The position numbers and the translations under genes were made by a program. 64,000 bases of DNA from Pseudomonadota bacterium (GTDB lineage Bacteria > Pseudomonadota > Alphaproteobacteria > Rhodobacterales > Rhodobacteraceae). The stretch covers positions 15,044-79,043 of the forward strand of contig JBCBAC010000010.1 of the NCBI GenBank assembly GCA_038532735.1, in the 5' to 3' direction. The notes beneath the pieces were generated by a model. It did not search any database. It worked only from the letters and a program-made list of their open reading frames with translations, and was not told where the DNA came from. Position 1 is the first letter of the stretch, and each line of letters opens with the position of its first letter. Positions 1-9,009 of this stretch are shown piece by piece.

Positions 1-197
1 TGGCCGGTCTCGGCTTTGCGTCAGTCCTGACGCTTATCGGGGTCCCTGCCCTTTACCACACATACCTGCGCAAAGAGCGCCGCGAAGAAAAACGCGAACG
101 CCTCAGCGATCGCAAGCCCGGTGTTCTGGTCCGTCTGTTCAGAAGGTCTCGTGAGGCGACGGAAACATCGACACCTCAAAAGATCGCGGCAGAGTAA
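1..197 (+). CDS. C-terminal fragment of an unidentified membrane protein (CDS enters from the left window edge)
   Basis: Frame 3 is open from base 3 to TAA 195-197. It reads AGLGFASVLTLIGVPALYHTYLRKERREEKRERLSDRK..., one hydrophobic helix followed by a basic tail. It is absent from the ORF track because no start lies inside the window. Confidence 0.35.
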   Translation, partial: AGLGFASVLTLIGVPALYHTYLRKERREEKRERLSDRKPGVLVRLFRRSREATETSTPQKIAAE

Positions 198-373
198 TCT
201 GACGGTCAAAGACATTTGATCTGACACATTCCGCGGGATGGCATCTTGGCTAAAGAGAGCGATCATATTCGCAACGCAATTTACGCCAAGGCGTTGTCTC
301 GTTTGACAGACAGTACACATCTCACGGCAAGCGTTTCTGAAACAGGTGCGACGGGTTAAGGAGATCTCATACA

Positions 374-1042
374 TCAAGCATCACGGCTGGTCCTTGCCAA
401 CGCGACCCCGAGCATCACCAGAATACCGCCACCAATAGCTTCGATCCATGCAATGACGCGATCCTTCATTATGCGTCCGGAGAGCGTGAAAGCGGCTGCG
501 TAGAACACCAAGATCGGAAGCTCAATCAGAACGGAAACCACCCCAAGGATCACAAGCTGCAATGGCACATTGCCCGCCGGATCAATAAATTGGGGGAGAA
601 TAGCCACAAAGAATGCGATATTCTTAGGGTTCGACGCTTGCAGCGCGAAACCTTTCCAGAAGGCGCGGGTTGCTGTTGATGTCCTGATGGCTTCAGGATT
701 TTTAAGAGATTGAAATGCCGTCGATGATGAAGGCCTATCTGCTGAGCCTTGTCTACGAAGAAGCGGCCAGATCATTCCAATACCAAGATAGACAAGGTAA
801 GCGGCCCCTCCCCATTTCACGACTGTGAACAGCGTCGCGCTGGCGACAATCAAAGCGCCGACGCCCAAAGCCGAAAGCGTGAAGAAAACCGCGTTTGTCG
901 CTAGAATGCCAAGTGTCGCCATGAAGCCGGACCGAAACCCGCTGCGCATCGAGAGGCTCATGACCAAAAGGACAGCCGGGCCGGGTGTCAGGGAAAGAAT
1001 GAACTCTGTCACGGCAAAGAAGGCGAGAGCGCTCAGGTCCAT
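374..1042 (-). CDS. LysE/RhtB-family amino-acid exporter
   Basis: 222-aa ORF with ATG at 1042. The N-terminal FILSLTPGPAVLLV motif and about six hydrophobic helices are typical of LysE-type translocators. Confidence 0.85.
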   Translation of the reverse strand: MDLSALAFFAVTEFILSLTPGPAVLLVMSLSMRSGFRSGFMATLGILATNAVFFTLSALGVGALIVASATLFTVVKWGGAAYLVYLGIGMIWPLLRRQGSADRPSSSTAFQSLKNPEAIRTSTATRAFWKGFALQASNPKNIAFFVAILPQFIDPAGNVPLQLVILGVVSVLIELPILVFYAAAFTLSGRIMKDRVIAWIEAIGGGILVMLGVALARTSRDA

Positions 1043-1530
1043 CTGGTTTCCTTCTCTGGCTTACTCTTTCGAGTGGCCACTGCCACTCGCCGAAGTGCAT
1101 CGCGCGCGATCAGGATGTGAAATGGCATGATCGCATTGAGATACAGGCGGCCACCAAGGTTATGCACATGCACCCAAGTCGCGAGCGAGACGCACCCCTC
1201 TTTGGCGATGACCGACACCCGGAAATCGAGATGTTTATCATTGAAACCTGCGATCAGTTCATGGTCCGTCTCGCTCTCCACCGGAAACGGTCCGACCTTG
1301 TCGACTGCCTCTGGACCATCTTGTGAAAGCCCGAAAGGAGCGACGATGATCCCTCGTATCTGAAGCAGTCCCCGTGCCCATTTTGGAAACTCTGTGATGA
1401 TTTCCGCTGCGATACGCGGCGTGGTCACGGCACGCACTGCAAAACAGTCTAGAAAATCCTGTGATGTAACACGTGACCAAAGCACACTGTCGGACGGGAG
1501 CGCTGCCGATCTTACCGCTATGGCTTTCAT
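1033..1530 (-). CDS. DUF2867-like protein
   Basis: ORF 1033..1572 trimmed to ATG 1530, which overlaps the upstream stop as ATGA. Its own stop overlaps the LysE start by 10 nt. The FPKWARGLLQIRG..PFGL and HLDFRVSV segments recall DUF2867; this family call is from memory. Confidence 0.6.
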   Translation of the reverse strand: MKAIAVRSAALPSDSVLWSRVTSQDFLDCFAVRAVTTPRIAAEIITEFPKWARGLLQIRGIIVAPFGLSQDGPEAVDKVGPFPVESETDHELIAGFNDKHLDFRVSVIAKEGCVSLATWVHVHNLGGRLYLNAIMPFHILIARDALRRVAVATRKSKPEKETRWT

Positions 1531-1928
1531 TGGCTCTGCTCCTCTGCTTGCGGGAAAACTCTGGCCGTCCACAGCAAAGCGGCAAGCAAAATCTCAAACG
1601 TAACCGCAATCAAGATACCTGACCCAACTCTGTCGCGTAGCCACTCGACGATGCCGACACTTGCCAGCGCGACAAGCAAAATGATAATGGCTTCGTCAAT
1701 CCTGTCACGCGTGGCACTTCGCGGATGCGCAGCAGTGAAAATGACCAGATACGCAAGCCCGACAAAAAGCGTTCCCGCGCGTCTCGCAATGACATCGGCA
1801 CTGACCACACTCTCCAGACCGAGGATTGCAAAGACAATCTGTGGCGTGAAGAGGAGACCAGCGCTGAGGATCAAAAACGCAACACCGCAAAGCCACGATA
1901 CTCTGAAATGAGAGATGTTCAGTCTCAT
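1527..1928 (-). CDS. hypothetical 4-TM membrane protein
   Basis: ORF 1527..1988 trimmed to ATG 1928 (MRLNISHF...), which shares one base with the TAA of the upstream gene. Four hydrophobic helices. Confidence 0.55.
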   Translation of the reverse strand: MRLNISHFRVSWLCGVAFLILSAGLLFTPQIVFAILGLESVVSADVIARRAGTLFVGLAYLVIFTAAHPRSATRDRIDEAIIILLVALASVGIVEWLRDRVGSGILIAVTFEILLAALLWTARVFPQAEEQSQ

Positions 1929-2302
1929 TAGGTCGAACCGTGAAGAGCCGCATAGAGCAAGCCACCGATTGGGAAGAAAAACAGCCAAGACAGATGACGA
2001 CCACGGCCAGCGATGAGAGCGACCAGACCGCTCATCGTAAAGATGCCAGCCGCGCCCACCAGGAAGCCTTCAACAAAACAGTCCGGTTGCGCATGCAAGA
2101 AGATGAGCAACCCCGCGATTGCGACCCAGAATAAAGACAGAAAGTGCCATCCAAATTGTAAGGTTAGAACGGTGTTCCTGCGGCTACCAAGGATGATAGG
2201 CAGGTCATCCCGACGACAGATAGGATTGATCAGATTGATGCCTCCCAAGACTGAGTGCATCAGAGAAACGGCGACAAGAAGGACGGCAGCTGTGATCAGC
2301 AT
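1928..2302 (-). CDS. hypothetical polytopic membrane protein
   Basis: ORF 1928..2338 trimmed to ATG 2302 (MLITAAVLLVAV...), preceded by an AGGAGA RBS. Hydrophobic throughout. Confidence 0.55.
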   Translation of the reverse strand: MLITAAVLLVAVSLMHSVLGGINLINPICRRDDLPIILGSRRNTVLTLQFGWHFLSLFWVAIAGLLIFLHAQPDCFVEGFLVGAAGIFTMSGLVALIAGRGRHLSWLFFFPIGGLLYAALHGST

Positions 2303-2303
2303 A

Positions 2304-2420
2304 TCAGATCTCCTGTGACAAAAGCAGAATTGCAGCACATATGAGCGCCAGCGAGATGATCAGCGGGCTGAAGTAACGGCGGTTGTAGGTGCGAAAGGGT
2401 TCGTGCGCATTGGCTCGCAC
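2304..2420 (-). CDS. candidate 38-aa single-TM microprotein (GTG start)
   Basis: Below the ORF-track length cut-off. GTG 2420 to TGA 2304 reads VRANAHEPFRTYNRRYFSPLIISLALICAAILLLSQEI, a basic N-terminus plus one TM helix. Third positions are mostly G/C. The stop lies 1 nt before the next ATG. No clear RBS. Confidence 0.35.
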   Translation of the reverse strand: MRANAHEPFRTYNRRYFSPLIISLALICAAILLLSQEI

Positions 2421-2444
2421 AAGATCAATATAGCCAAGAGCCCC

Positions 2445-2750
2445 TCAGATCAGGAAGACGGAGGTCTCTGCGACCATCAACCAGAAAATGGCAGCCTGTC
2501 CAAACGGGCTTGGCAGCACACCGGTTTGCAAGAGAGGCAGCAGGCCCGCAATCCAGATCGCGCCAGCAGCGATCACAGTGACAAAAAACTTCGCTACAGC
2601 TCCGATGTTGTGATCAAGCGAAGGGCCACCCACGGAAATCGCGAGTTCATGCTCAGTCTTGAATGGCCAAGGATTTCCAAAGGCCCAAACAAGGTGCAAG
2701 CCAGCAATGGGCCAAAGGATTGCAGCGATGATCAATGCCAGCAGGGTCAT
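2445..2750 (-). CDS. DUF3995-like small membrane protein
   Basis: ORF 2445..2855 trimmed to ATG 2750 (MTLLALIIAAILWPIAGLHLVWAFG...), overlapping the upstream stop as ATGA. The HLxWAxG motif and 3-4 TM helices resemble DUF3995. Confidence 0.55.
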   Translation of the reverse strand: MTLLALIIAAILWPIAGLHLVWAFGNPWPFKTEHELAISVGGPSLDHNIGAVAKFFVTVIAAGAIWIAGLLPLLQTGVLPSPFGQAAIFWLMVAETSVFLI

Positions 2751-3220
2751 GCCGGGCCCCTCGTTTTCTTGACTTGTGTAGGGGTGTCGAAGCGACGCGG
2801 ATGCCCACAACAATGCATGAGCCGCGCCCACGCAGCGCAGGGCGGCATTACCCAACCAGCGGCGGCCTCAATCATTTGGTGGATTTGCGAGCAGGTGCCA
2901 GTCGGAACGGCTTGAAGTTTGTATCTCACGACCAATAGAACGAGATCGCTTTGGCTTGAGGCAAAACACATCTGCTCGTCGTCACGTTGCAGTACCTGCA
3001 TGCGGTGAAGCTGATGAGTTAATCCATCAAGGAGTGACGCGTACGCGTCGCGCGCTTGGCCTTCGTAAATCCGCTCAAATAGAAATTGACAAATAGCCAA
3101 GAGGACCACCGTCGCTCTTTTCAAATGGTCGAGCTTCGTCCCCACATCCCAAAGCTGGCGTGCAAGAAACGCATTTTGGTGGCTGAGTTCGATCTCGTGC
3201 GACACGCAATCAAACCTCAA
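2747..3220 (-). CDS. hypothetical protein (orphan, locally lower GC)
   Basis: 157-aa ORF with TTG start 3220. By eye it appears to be the only long open frame across about 2930-3200. The N-terminal half is helical and the tail is Cys/His-rich. No family recognised. Confidence 0.4.
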   Translation of the reverse strand: MRFDCVSHEIELSHQNAFLARQLWDVGTKLDHLKRATVVLLAICQFLFERIYEGQARDAYASLLDGLTHQLHRMQVLQRDDEQMCFASSQSDLVLLVVRYKLQAVPTGTCSQIHQMIEAAAGWVMPPCAAWARLMHCCGHPRRFDTPTQVKKTRGPA

Positions 3221-3542
3221 GTCTTCTAAGTGCAGGCGCTGGAGCTTTTTCCAGGACCCAAAACCGCATAGAGGCGTTCACTGAGACCCAGGTTTCAAAG
3301 ATTGTGAAGCGACCATCACTTGCTGCAAAAGCATCCGCCTTCATACACCCTGGGGCACGCCGCAGGTGTTCGATCAGCTCTCCCGCCTTTTCAGCGGATG
3401 AAACATGCGTCACTCGCAGGACGGGTTCAGTTTCTCGGCCAAGGGCTTTCGCTGGCCAAGCCCTGAGCTGCGACACAAGTCCCAAAGCAGGAACCGCCGC
3501 GACAACGGTGCGCCGCGTTAAAGCTGTAACATCACCCATCAC
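3210..3542 (-). CDS. Tat-leader protein with an ABM-like (dimeric alpha-beta barrel) domain
   Basis: 110 aa. A twin-arginine-like leader (LTRRTVVAAVPALGL) is followed by an about 75-aa domain ending FTIFETWVSVNASMRFW. The start is GTG 3542 or ATG 3539; both overlap the upstream stop. Confidence 0.5.
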   Translation of the reverse strand: MMGDVTALTRRTVVAAVPALGLVSQLRAWPAKALGRETEPVLRVTHVSSAEKAGELIEHLRRAPGCMKADAFAASDGRFTIFETWVSVNASMRFWVLEKAPAPALRRLEV

Positions 3543-3829
3543 ATCACCATCCGATCATAGTAGGTGACCTTTGGAGGTCCTGCCATGAACCACAGAAGTG
3601 CCGCCATGACCCCGCGTTCTTCAATGAATGCAAGGTAGGCTTGATGGTGTTCACGGCTCAGCCACTCTTCGTGGATCAGAAAAGCGCGCGTGTCTGGATC
3701 GTAGTAGAGCGTGACACTCAACGCGCCGGCAAAGCCACGGACGTTGGGTAGGTTCTCATCCAGAAAAGCCGACAGCGCTTCGAAAGCGTCCTCTTGCACT
3801 GTCATCTCCAGCGTCACCCAGATCGTCAT
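3539..3829 (-). CDS. antibiotic-biosynthesis-monooxygenase (ABM) family protein
   Basis: 96 aa, ATG 3829 preceded by a GAAGGAGA RBS. The sequence (HEEWLSREHHQAYLAFIEERG) is typical of ABM barrels. Confidence 0.75.
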   Translation of the reverse strand: MTIWVTLEMTVQEDAFEALSAFLDENLPNVRGFAGALSVTLYYDPDTRAFLIHEEWLSREHHQAYLAFIEERGVMAALLWFMAGPPKVTYYDRMVM

Positions 3830-3935
3830 GTTTTGTCTCCTTCATTTATCTGGAGACAGCTTCGTGTGTTGCGGACGCTCGGGATAGAAAGCACAAATCA
3901 GAAATCGGGATTTTGTGTCAGTTTCAATCCATCAT

Positions 3936-4835
3936 TCACGCCAAATGCAAACGCCGCTGCTTTGGCGTTTCGTTGAACAGGCTTTTGTATGCTTTGATGA
4001 AATGGGACGTGTCTGAAAAACCCGCCGCTATTGCAATATCCGCAATCGTATCTTCGGTGTTAACCACCTTGTCGTCGGCATGCTCGAGGCGAGCGCGCCG
4101 AAGCCAAACACTCGGCGGTTCCCCAAACTCCCTCTTAAAATCCCTTTGAAAGGCAGAAACAGACCGTCCGGAAAGTGTCGCATAGTCCGCAATCGACAAG
4201 TCTGCCAATGCATGCGCTCGCATGATCTGCTTGATGTTTCGGCGCGCACGATTGGCGTTTTCATGAACGAGGAAATTGTGAAGCTGCCCATCTGCGTCGT
4301 GCATGTGTAACAGCAAAAGCAGTTCGAGAAGCTTCGCTTTTACCAGCGTCGGTGGCGCACTCAGATCACCATACACTTTGGGAAGCGCATCAACATACGC
4401 GCGCAAAGAGGGCGATCCAGCAAAGATCGCAGTTTTGCTGGCTGGAGCAGCTGCTACTCTTCTTGCCGTCGCCGATAGATACTCGCCAATCACTGCATCG
4501 CTAAAAAAGAACAGGTAGGCTTCCAACGGGCCTTCGGCGTTTGAGAAATCAGAGATCATGTGATGATGCCGAGGCACCAGCAGCGTATCACCGGGTTGAA
4601 CGGTCGTTTCTTCGCCATCCGCGTCAAAGAATGTCTCTGTCCCTCGTATGACATAGGCAAGACACGGTGCGTTCGAAAAGAACTCCGTGCCGAAGGCGGT
4701 TTGACGCAAGAGCTTATGAAAAGTCCCGGCACGCCCGCTTGTCATGACCGCCCGAGCACCAGCGAATTGGCGCAAACCTTCAGGGATTAGAAGGATATTA
4801 CCGTTTGATGCTGTCACTGACGTTAGAGGAGCCAT
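3936..4835 (-). CDS. AraC-family transcriptional regulator (cupin-like N-domain)
   Basis: C-terminal double HTH (LSIADYATLSGRSVSAFQRDFKREFG ... IADIAIAAGFSDTSHFIKAYKSLFNETP). ATG 4835 is one codon inside the TTG listed at 4838. Confidence 0.85.
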   Translation of the reverse strand: MAPLTSVTASNGNILLIPEGLRQFAGARAVMTSGRAGTFHKLLRQTAFGTEFFSNAPCLAYVIRGTETFFDADGEETTVQPGDTLLVPRHHHMISDFSNAEGPLEAYLFFFSDAVIGEYLSATARRVAAAPASKTAIFAGSPSLRAYVDALPKVYGDLSAPPTLVKAKLLELLLLLHMHDADGQLHNFLVHENANRARRNIKQIMRAHALADLSIADYATLSGRSVSAFQRDFKREFGEPPSVWLRRARLEHADDKVVNTEDTIADIAIAAGFSDTSHFIKAYKSLFNETPKQRRLHLA

Positions 4836-4931
4836 CAATGAGGCCTCAGTAGCTTATTTGCCCAAACCGTAACTCATGTTATGTTTTGGAACAACTGGCG
4901 CTGTAGCGTCAGAAAAGCGCAGGCAAACCCC

Positions 4932-5483
4932 ATGGTAAAACGTTTCAAGAAGTCGGATTGGCTGGCCCTTGGCCTTGAGGAACTTGCGTCAAATGGGCCC
5001 GACGCGCTCCGCGTTAAAGAGTTGTGCGCGGCTGCCGGCAAGACCGTGGGCTCGTTTTATCATCACTTCGAAGATCAAGCTGCGTTCATCGACGCGCTTA
5101 TGGAACACTGGCATAAGACGTTCACCCGGCCCGTGATAGACATGCTGGAACAAATCGACGATGCACAACAACGCGCCAAAGAGTTGTCTGGCCTCGCGAC
5201 CAAGCTCGACCCCTCGATTGAAGTTGGCATCCGCCTTCTGGCTAATCAAAATGCGCAGGTTCAGCGGGTTGTCGAATGCATTGATCACGAACGCATCGCC
5301 TACGTTACAAAACTGTATGCAGGGCGTTTCAATCTTGCAGAAGACGAAGCCGCCATGCTTGCCAAGCTAGAGTATGCTGCCTTTGTGGGGGCGCAACACG
5401 TATTCCAAAAACACTACTCAGAGCTGGGCCCACAACTTTCTGCGCTTTTGCAGTCTACGCTGGAAGCCAAGTTTTTAGTCTAA
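4932..5483 (+). CDS. TetR-family transcriptional regulator
   Basis: ORF 4881..5483 trimmed to ATG 4932 (MVKRFKKSDW...). N-terminal HTH LRVKELCAAAGKTVGSFYHHFEDQ. Divergent from the AraC gene. Confidence 0.85.
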   Translation: MVKRFKKSDWLALGLEELASNGPDALRVKELCAAAGKTVGSFYHHFEDQAAFIDALMEHWHKTFTRPVIDMLEQIDDAQQRAKELSGLATKLDPSIEVGIRLLANQNAQVQRVVECIDHERIAYVTKLYAGRFNLAEDEAAMLAKLEYAAFVGAQHVFQKHYSELGPQLSALLQSTLEAKFLV

Positions 5484-5819
5484 AGATGCTGGCCCGTCGC
5501 TGCCGGCAACGCGGTACACATACCAACCAGCCAACAAATTCTTCGCAACACTAACAATTCCGAAACCCGACAGATCCGTCACCACATTGGTGAAAGGCAT
5601 AGACACTAGAAATTGCCTTTTTAAGGCAAGACTGTCGCAAGAAGACCGGGCCGGGCGATTGTCATGCCAAAGTCTGCCGCACAAGCTAAGAGCAGACATA
5701 TTATGGTGCGCCATCTTCGGGCGTCGGCTGGCAGAGCCGCGCACCAAACGCGGCCTGACAAATTTCCAGTTTTTTTGAATATGGTTCAAGCGCCTGTACG
5801 ACATACTCAGGCCGCTGAG

Positions 5820-6005
5820 TTAAAAGCGATCCAGCAATCGGCTCAGGATGGGAACGATCAAGAGGCTCGTTGCAGGGACCATAAGGCCGGTAAGAACGAA
5901 CGTCCGAGCGACCAAGGGCCATTGACCAATGAAACCCTCAAGAGCAAGCAGGAGCACCGTGATCGTGGGCCACGCGGCCACCCAAGTGATCATAACACTG
6001 CGCAT
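5820..6005 (-). CDS. small 2-TM membrane protein
   Basis: ORF 5820..6071 trimmed to ATG 6005, 1 nt after the stop of the aldo/keto reductase gene. The product MRSVMITWVAAWPTITVLLLALEG...LMVPATSLLIVPILSRLLDRF forms two TM helices. Confidence 0.45.
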   Translation of the reverse strand: MRSVMITWVAAWPTITVLLLALEGFIGQWPLVARTFVLTGLMVPATSLLIVPILSRLLDRF

Positions 6006-6006
6006 A

Positions 6007-6801
6007 TCAGGCTCTAAATGCCGCTGCGTTGTCTTCCAAATGTGCAATTGTTGTCGTGCCAGGGATGACAAGGACGTTCGGCGCGCGCGCTAACAATGTG
6101 CGCAGCGCCTTGCCGGGATCGACTGCCGCGCCTTGTGCCATCGGGTTTGCACCCAAGGGTCCGTGTGGGACAAAGCCGATGCCCTGATCATTGAGCCAAT
6201 CAATCATGTTTTCCAAATCGTCATCGCGTGTATCAGCGGGCGAGTAACGGTTCTGGACCGCAGCAATTGGCGCGATACGCAAAGCCTCCTCAACTTGTGA
6301 ACGGGACACATTCGACAAACCAATCATGTCGATCTTCCCGGCTTGCCGCATCTCCTCAAGGGCAGCCACACTTTCGGAGATTAGGGTAACACCGTCTGGC
6401 GCATGCACATAGTAGAGGTCGATTTTATTTGTTCGAAGGGTGGCAAGGCTTTCCCGAAGATGTCGTTTCATAGTTTCAGCCGATGTGTCCCGACTGATGC
6501 TTGTCGCTGTCTTCTCCACGCCACCTTTGGAGGCGATAAACATCTCGCCGTAGCTGCCTTCCTTATCCAAGAGAGCTTCCGCAATGAGCTTTTCGTTTTC
6601 GTGAGGGCCATATGCGCGGGCGGTGTCAATATGGTGGATACCCAGATCGCGGGCACGTTGCAGAAGTTCAATGCCGGCCTGCCAATCTGCGTAGGGTCCA
6701 AAATTGCGCGGTTGGGCCGTCAGACGCATGGCGCCGTATCCTATGCGATTTACAGTCCGCCCGTTCAGAAAAGTGAAGGTCGTATTCAGATCGTTTGTCA
6801 T
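6007..6801 (-). CDS. aldo/keto reductase
   Basis: ORF 6007..6945 trimmed to ATG 6801 (AAAGGAA RBS). Motifs GYGAMRL, IDTARAYG and LSNVS are typical of the AKR family. Confidence 0.9.
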   Translation of the reverse strand: MTNDLNTTFTFLNGRTVNRIGYGAMRLTAQPRNFGPYADWQAGIELLQRARDLGIHHIDTARAYGPHENEKLIAEALLDKEGSYGEMFIASKGGVEKTATSISRDTSAETMKRHLRESLATLRTNKIDLYYVHAPDGVTLISESVAALEEMRQAGKIDMIGLSNVSRSQVEEALRIAPIAAVQNRYSPADTRDDDLENMIDWLNDQGIGFVPHGPLGANPMAQGAAVDPGKALRTLLARAPNVLVIPGTTTIAHLEDNAAAFRA

Positions 6802-6895
6802 GTCGTTGTTCCTTTCGTTTGTGTTGCAAGGAACATACCTACCGGGCCGCGCAACGGTAGTAGCATGAAAAGTAATACTGCTATACGATAGGCGT

Positions 6896-7795
6896 ATGAG
6901 CACTCGTTTTGACCGCCTCACCTTACTTGAGACTTTTGTTCGCATTGCGGAACGGCAATCGCTGTCCGGCGCGGCACGTGATCTTGGAACATCTCAGCCG
7001 TCAGTGTCCCGTCAACTTACCGCACTCGAAGATCGCCTCGACGTTGTTCTCGTGCGCCGCACAACACATGATGTGACACTAACGCCAGACGGTCTGACGC
7101 TGTTGTCGGATGCGCGCCGCATGATCGGAGAATGGGCGGCTATAGAGGATCGTCATAGCGAGGATAACGAACTGAAAGGCACGATCCGCGTCATCGCACC
7201 GGTCGCACTTGGCCAAAGCCTCTTCATTGAGGCCGCGTCGCAGTTCATGAAGGATCACCCTAATATCACGATCGATTGGTGGTTGCGCGATGACACCATT
7301 CGCTTTGCTGAAGAAGGCTGCGATTGTTGGCTCAAGATCGGCCCGGTCCCTGATGAAACACTCGTTGTCCGCGAATTGGCCAGAGTAGAGCGCCTTGTCG
7401 TCGGGACACCGGACTTTATGATGCAACATGCGGGACTTGATCTGAACTCTATGCCTTGGCTGACGCTCGGTCCATTCGAAGGAAACCGTATCGAGTTATT
7501 TGATCCGCGTGGGATCCAACAGACATTCTCTGTCACGCCAAAATTGGCGAGTGATAACATCTTCGCAGTCTACCAGGCGACACGGCATGGCGTTGGAGTA
7601 TCCATCATGCCGCATTGGTTTGTTGCATCAGACCTGGAACTCGGAACGCTGATTGACGTGGCACCAAACCTTAGAGCTGGGCAGTTGCCCGTTAATCTCG
7701 CTCTGGCATCAGGAACGAGGCGACCGGCTCGGGTCGAACAGTTCTGTAATGCGCTCCAAGACTGGTGTGATGCACAATTCCTTACCCGGACGTGA
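6896..7795 (+). CDS. LysR-family transcriptional regulator
   Basis: N-terminal HTH LLETFVRIAERQSLSGAARDLGTSQPSVSRQLTALE. Divergent from the AKR gene, the classic LysR arrangement. Confidence 0.9.
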   Translation: MSTRFDRLTLLETFVRIAERQSLSGAARDLGTSQPSVSRQLTALEDRLDVVLVRRTTHDVTLTPDGLTLLSDARRMIGEWAAIEDRHSEDNELKGTIRVIAPVALGQSLFIEAASQFMKDHPNITIDWWLRDDTIRFAEEGCDCWLKIGPVPDETLVVRELARVERLVVGTPDFMMQHAGLDLNSMPWLTLGPFEGNRIELFDPRGIQQTFSVTPKLASDNIFAVYQATRHGVGVSIMPHWFVASDLELGTLIDVAPNLRAGQLPVNLALASGTRRPARVEQFCNALQDWCDAQFLTRT

Positions 7796-8014
7796 AGCAG
7801 TCATTGCAGCTTAGAGATTAGCACCCGCAATGGGCGCAAAGACGATTTTGAAAGTGCTGTTGTGGGGGGCGTTACTTGACGCAACCCGAAATCAAGAACA
7901 GCCCAAATCGAACAGGAGCAGCGCGCGCTCTCGGTGATGAAATCTCGCCGAGTTATTCGTTCCCCGCGGCTCCAAAGCAACGGCTTGAACCTACTTACAG
8001 ATTGGAACCCGCTT

Positions 8015-8632
8015 TCATGTGAGACCACCGCGCACAGCATCAATATGTGCTATTGCCGTGGCCACTGCAGTCTCGATATCCATTTCGGACGTGTCGATCA
8101 CGACCGCCCCCTCTGCCGCTTTCAGCGGGGCGGTTGCGCGTTCACTGTCGCGCGCATCGCGAGCTTGCACGTCGGCCAGAACCGCCTCGAATGCAGCCTC
8201 AATCCCGCGTACGGTAAGTTCCTTGAACCGGCGCTCTGCCCTGACCTCTGCCGAGGCGGTAACGAACAGCTTCACCTCCGCCTCGGGGCAGATCACCGTG
8301 CCGATATCGCGCCCATCCAGAACCGCGCCGCCCGCACGCCGAGCAAACGCCCGCTGGAAATCGACCAAAGCCGCGCGGACCTCTGGGATGACCGCCACTT
8401 TGGAGGCCGCATCTGCCACTTCCGGCGTACGGAGGGCGGGATTCTCAAGGTCTTCGGCCACCAGTGTTTCTGCCGCATCAATCGCTGGTGTGCCGTTCAA
8501 GGTCAGCGCACCAACGGCTCGATAGAGCAACCCTGTGTCCAGATGCGCAAATCCAAAATGCGCCGCGACAGCTTTTGAGACCGTTCCCTTGCCCGCCGCC
8601 GCTGGCCCGTCGATTGCGATGGTAAAACTCAT
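8015..8632 (-). CDS. cmk: cytidylate kinase
   Basis: 205 aa. P-loop [19 protein letters not shown] and full-length resemblance to Cmk. The start overlaps the upstream stop (ATGA). Confidence 0.95.
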   Translation of the reverse strand: MSFTIAIDGPAAAGKGTVSKAVAAHFGFAHLDTGLLYRAVGALTLNGTPAIDAAETLVAEDLENPALRTPEVADAASKVAVIPEVRAALVDFQRAFARRAGGAVLDGRDIGTVICPEAEVKLFVTASAEVRAERRFKELTVRGIEAAFEAVLADVQARDARDSERATAPLKAAEGAVVIDTSEMDIETAVATAIAHIDAVRGGLT

Positions 8633-9009
8633 GGCCCCTCCGACACCGGAACATCCTCCGGCAGCTCATAGTAATCGCCCTTTTCGGCTGCAAAGATATG
8701 GCCGGTGATGGTCAGACCTGTCGGGGTGTCAAACGCCCCCATCTGGATCGATAGGTCCGCCGCACCATCTCCCCGCTGAAAAAGTTGTGCGCCGCAGGTC
8801 GCGCAGAACCCACGCGCGACGTCAGGCTTGAACGCGTACCATGTCACGTCACCTGTGATCGTGATCGCGTTGACAGGCGCTGCGGTTGCGACATCAAAAT
8901 GCCCACTGCCCTTACGGCATTGCACACAATGGCAGGCAACCGCCGGTGCCAACGGCCCTTCGACTGCAAAGGTCACGCCCCCGCAGATGCAGGACCCGCG
9001 ATGGGTCAT
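8629..9009 (-). CDS. GFA (glutathione-dependent formaldehyde-activating)/CENP-V family protein
   Basis: 126 aa with the Cys clusters [16 protein letters not shown] and CATCG characteristic of the GFA fold. ATGA overlaps at both ends. Confidence 0.85.
   Translation of the reverse strand: MTHRGSCICGGVTFAVEGPLAPAVACHCVQCRKGSGHFDVATAAPVNAITITGDVTWYAFKPDVARGFCATCGAQLFQRGDGAADLSIQMGAFDTPTGLTITGHIFAAEKGDYYELPEDVPVSEGP

Noticed and set aside
21-377. A 118-aa minus-strand ORF at the left edge.
   Set aside because: Its composition is Cys/Arg-rich and implausible. It overlaps a better plus-strand open frame (1-197) that looks like a membrane-protein C-terminus. The remainder is probably intergenic.
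5475-5804. A 109-aa minus-strand ORF (and its 41-aa sub-ORF MPFTNVVTDLSGFGIV...) in the 336-nt gap 5484-5819.
   Set aside because: The ORF has no RBS, poor third-position bias and an Arg/Ser-rich N-terminal part. I treat the gap as non-coding, although a small protein or an sRNA cannot be excluded.
7801-8578. ORFs 7801..8043 (minus strand) and 7934..8578 (plus strand) around the cmk 3-prime end.
   Set aside because: The second is antisense to cmk. The first spans the LysR/cmk convergent gap and has an implausible composition and no RBS.
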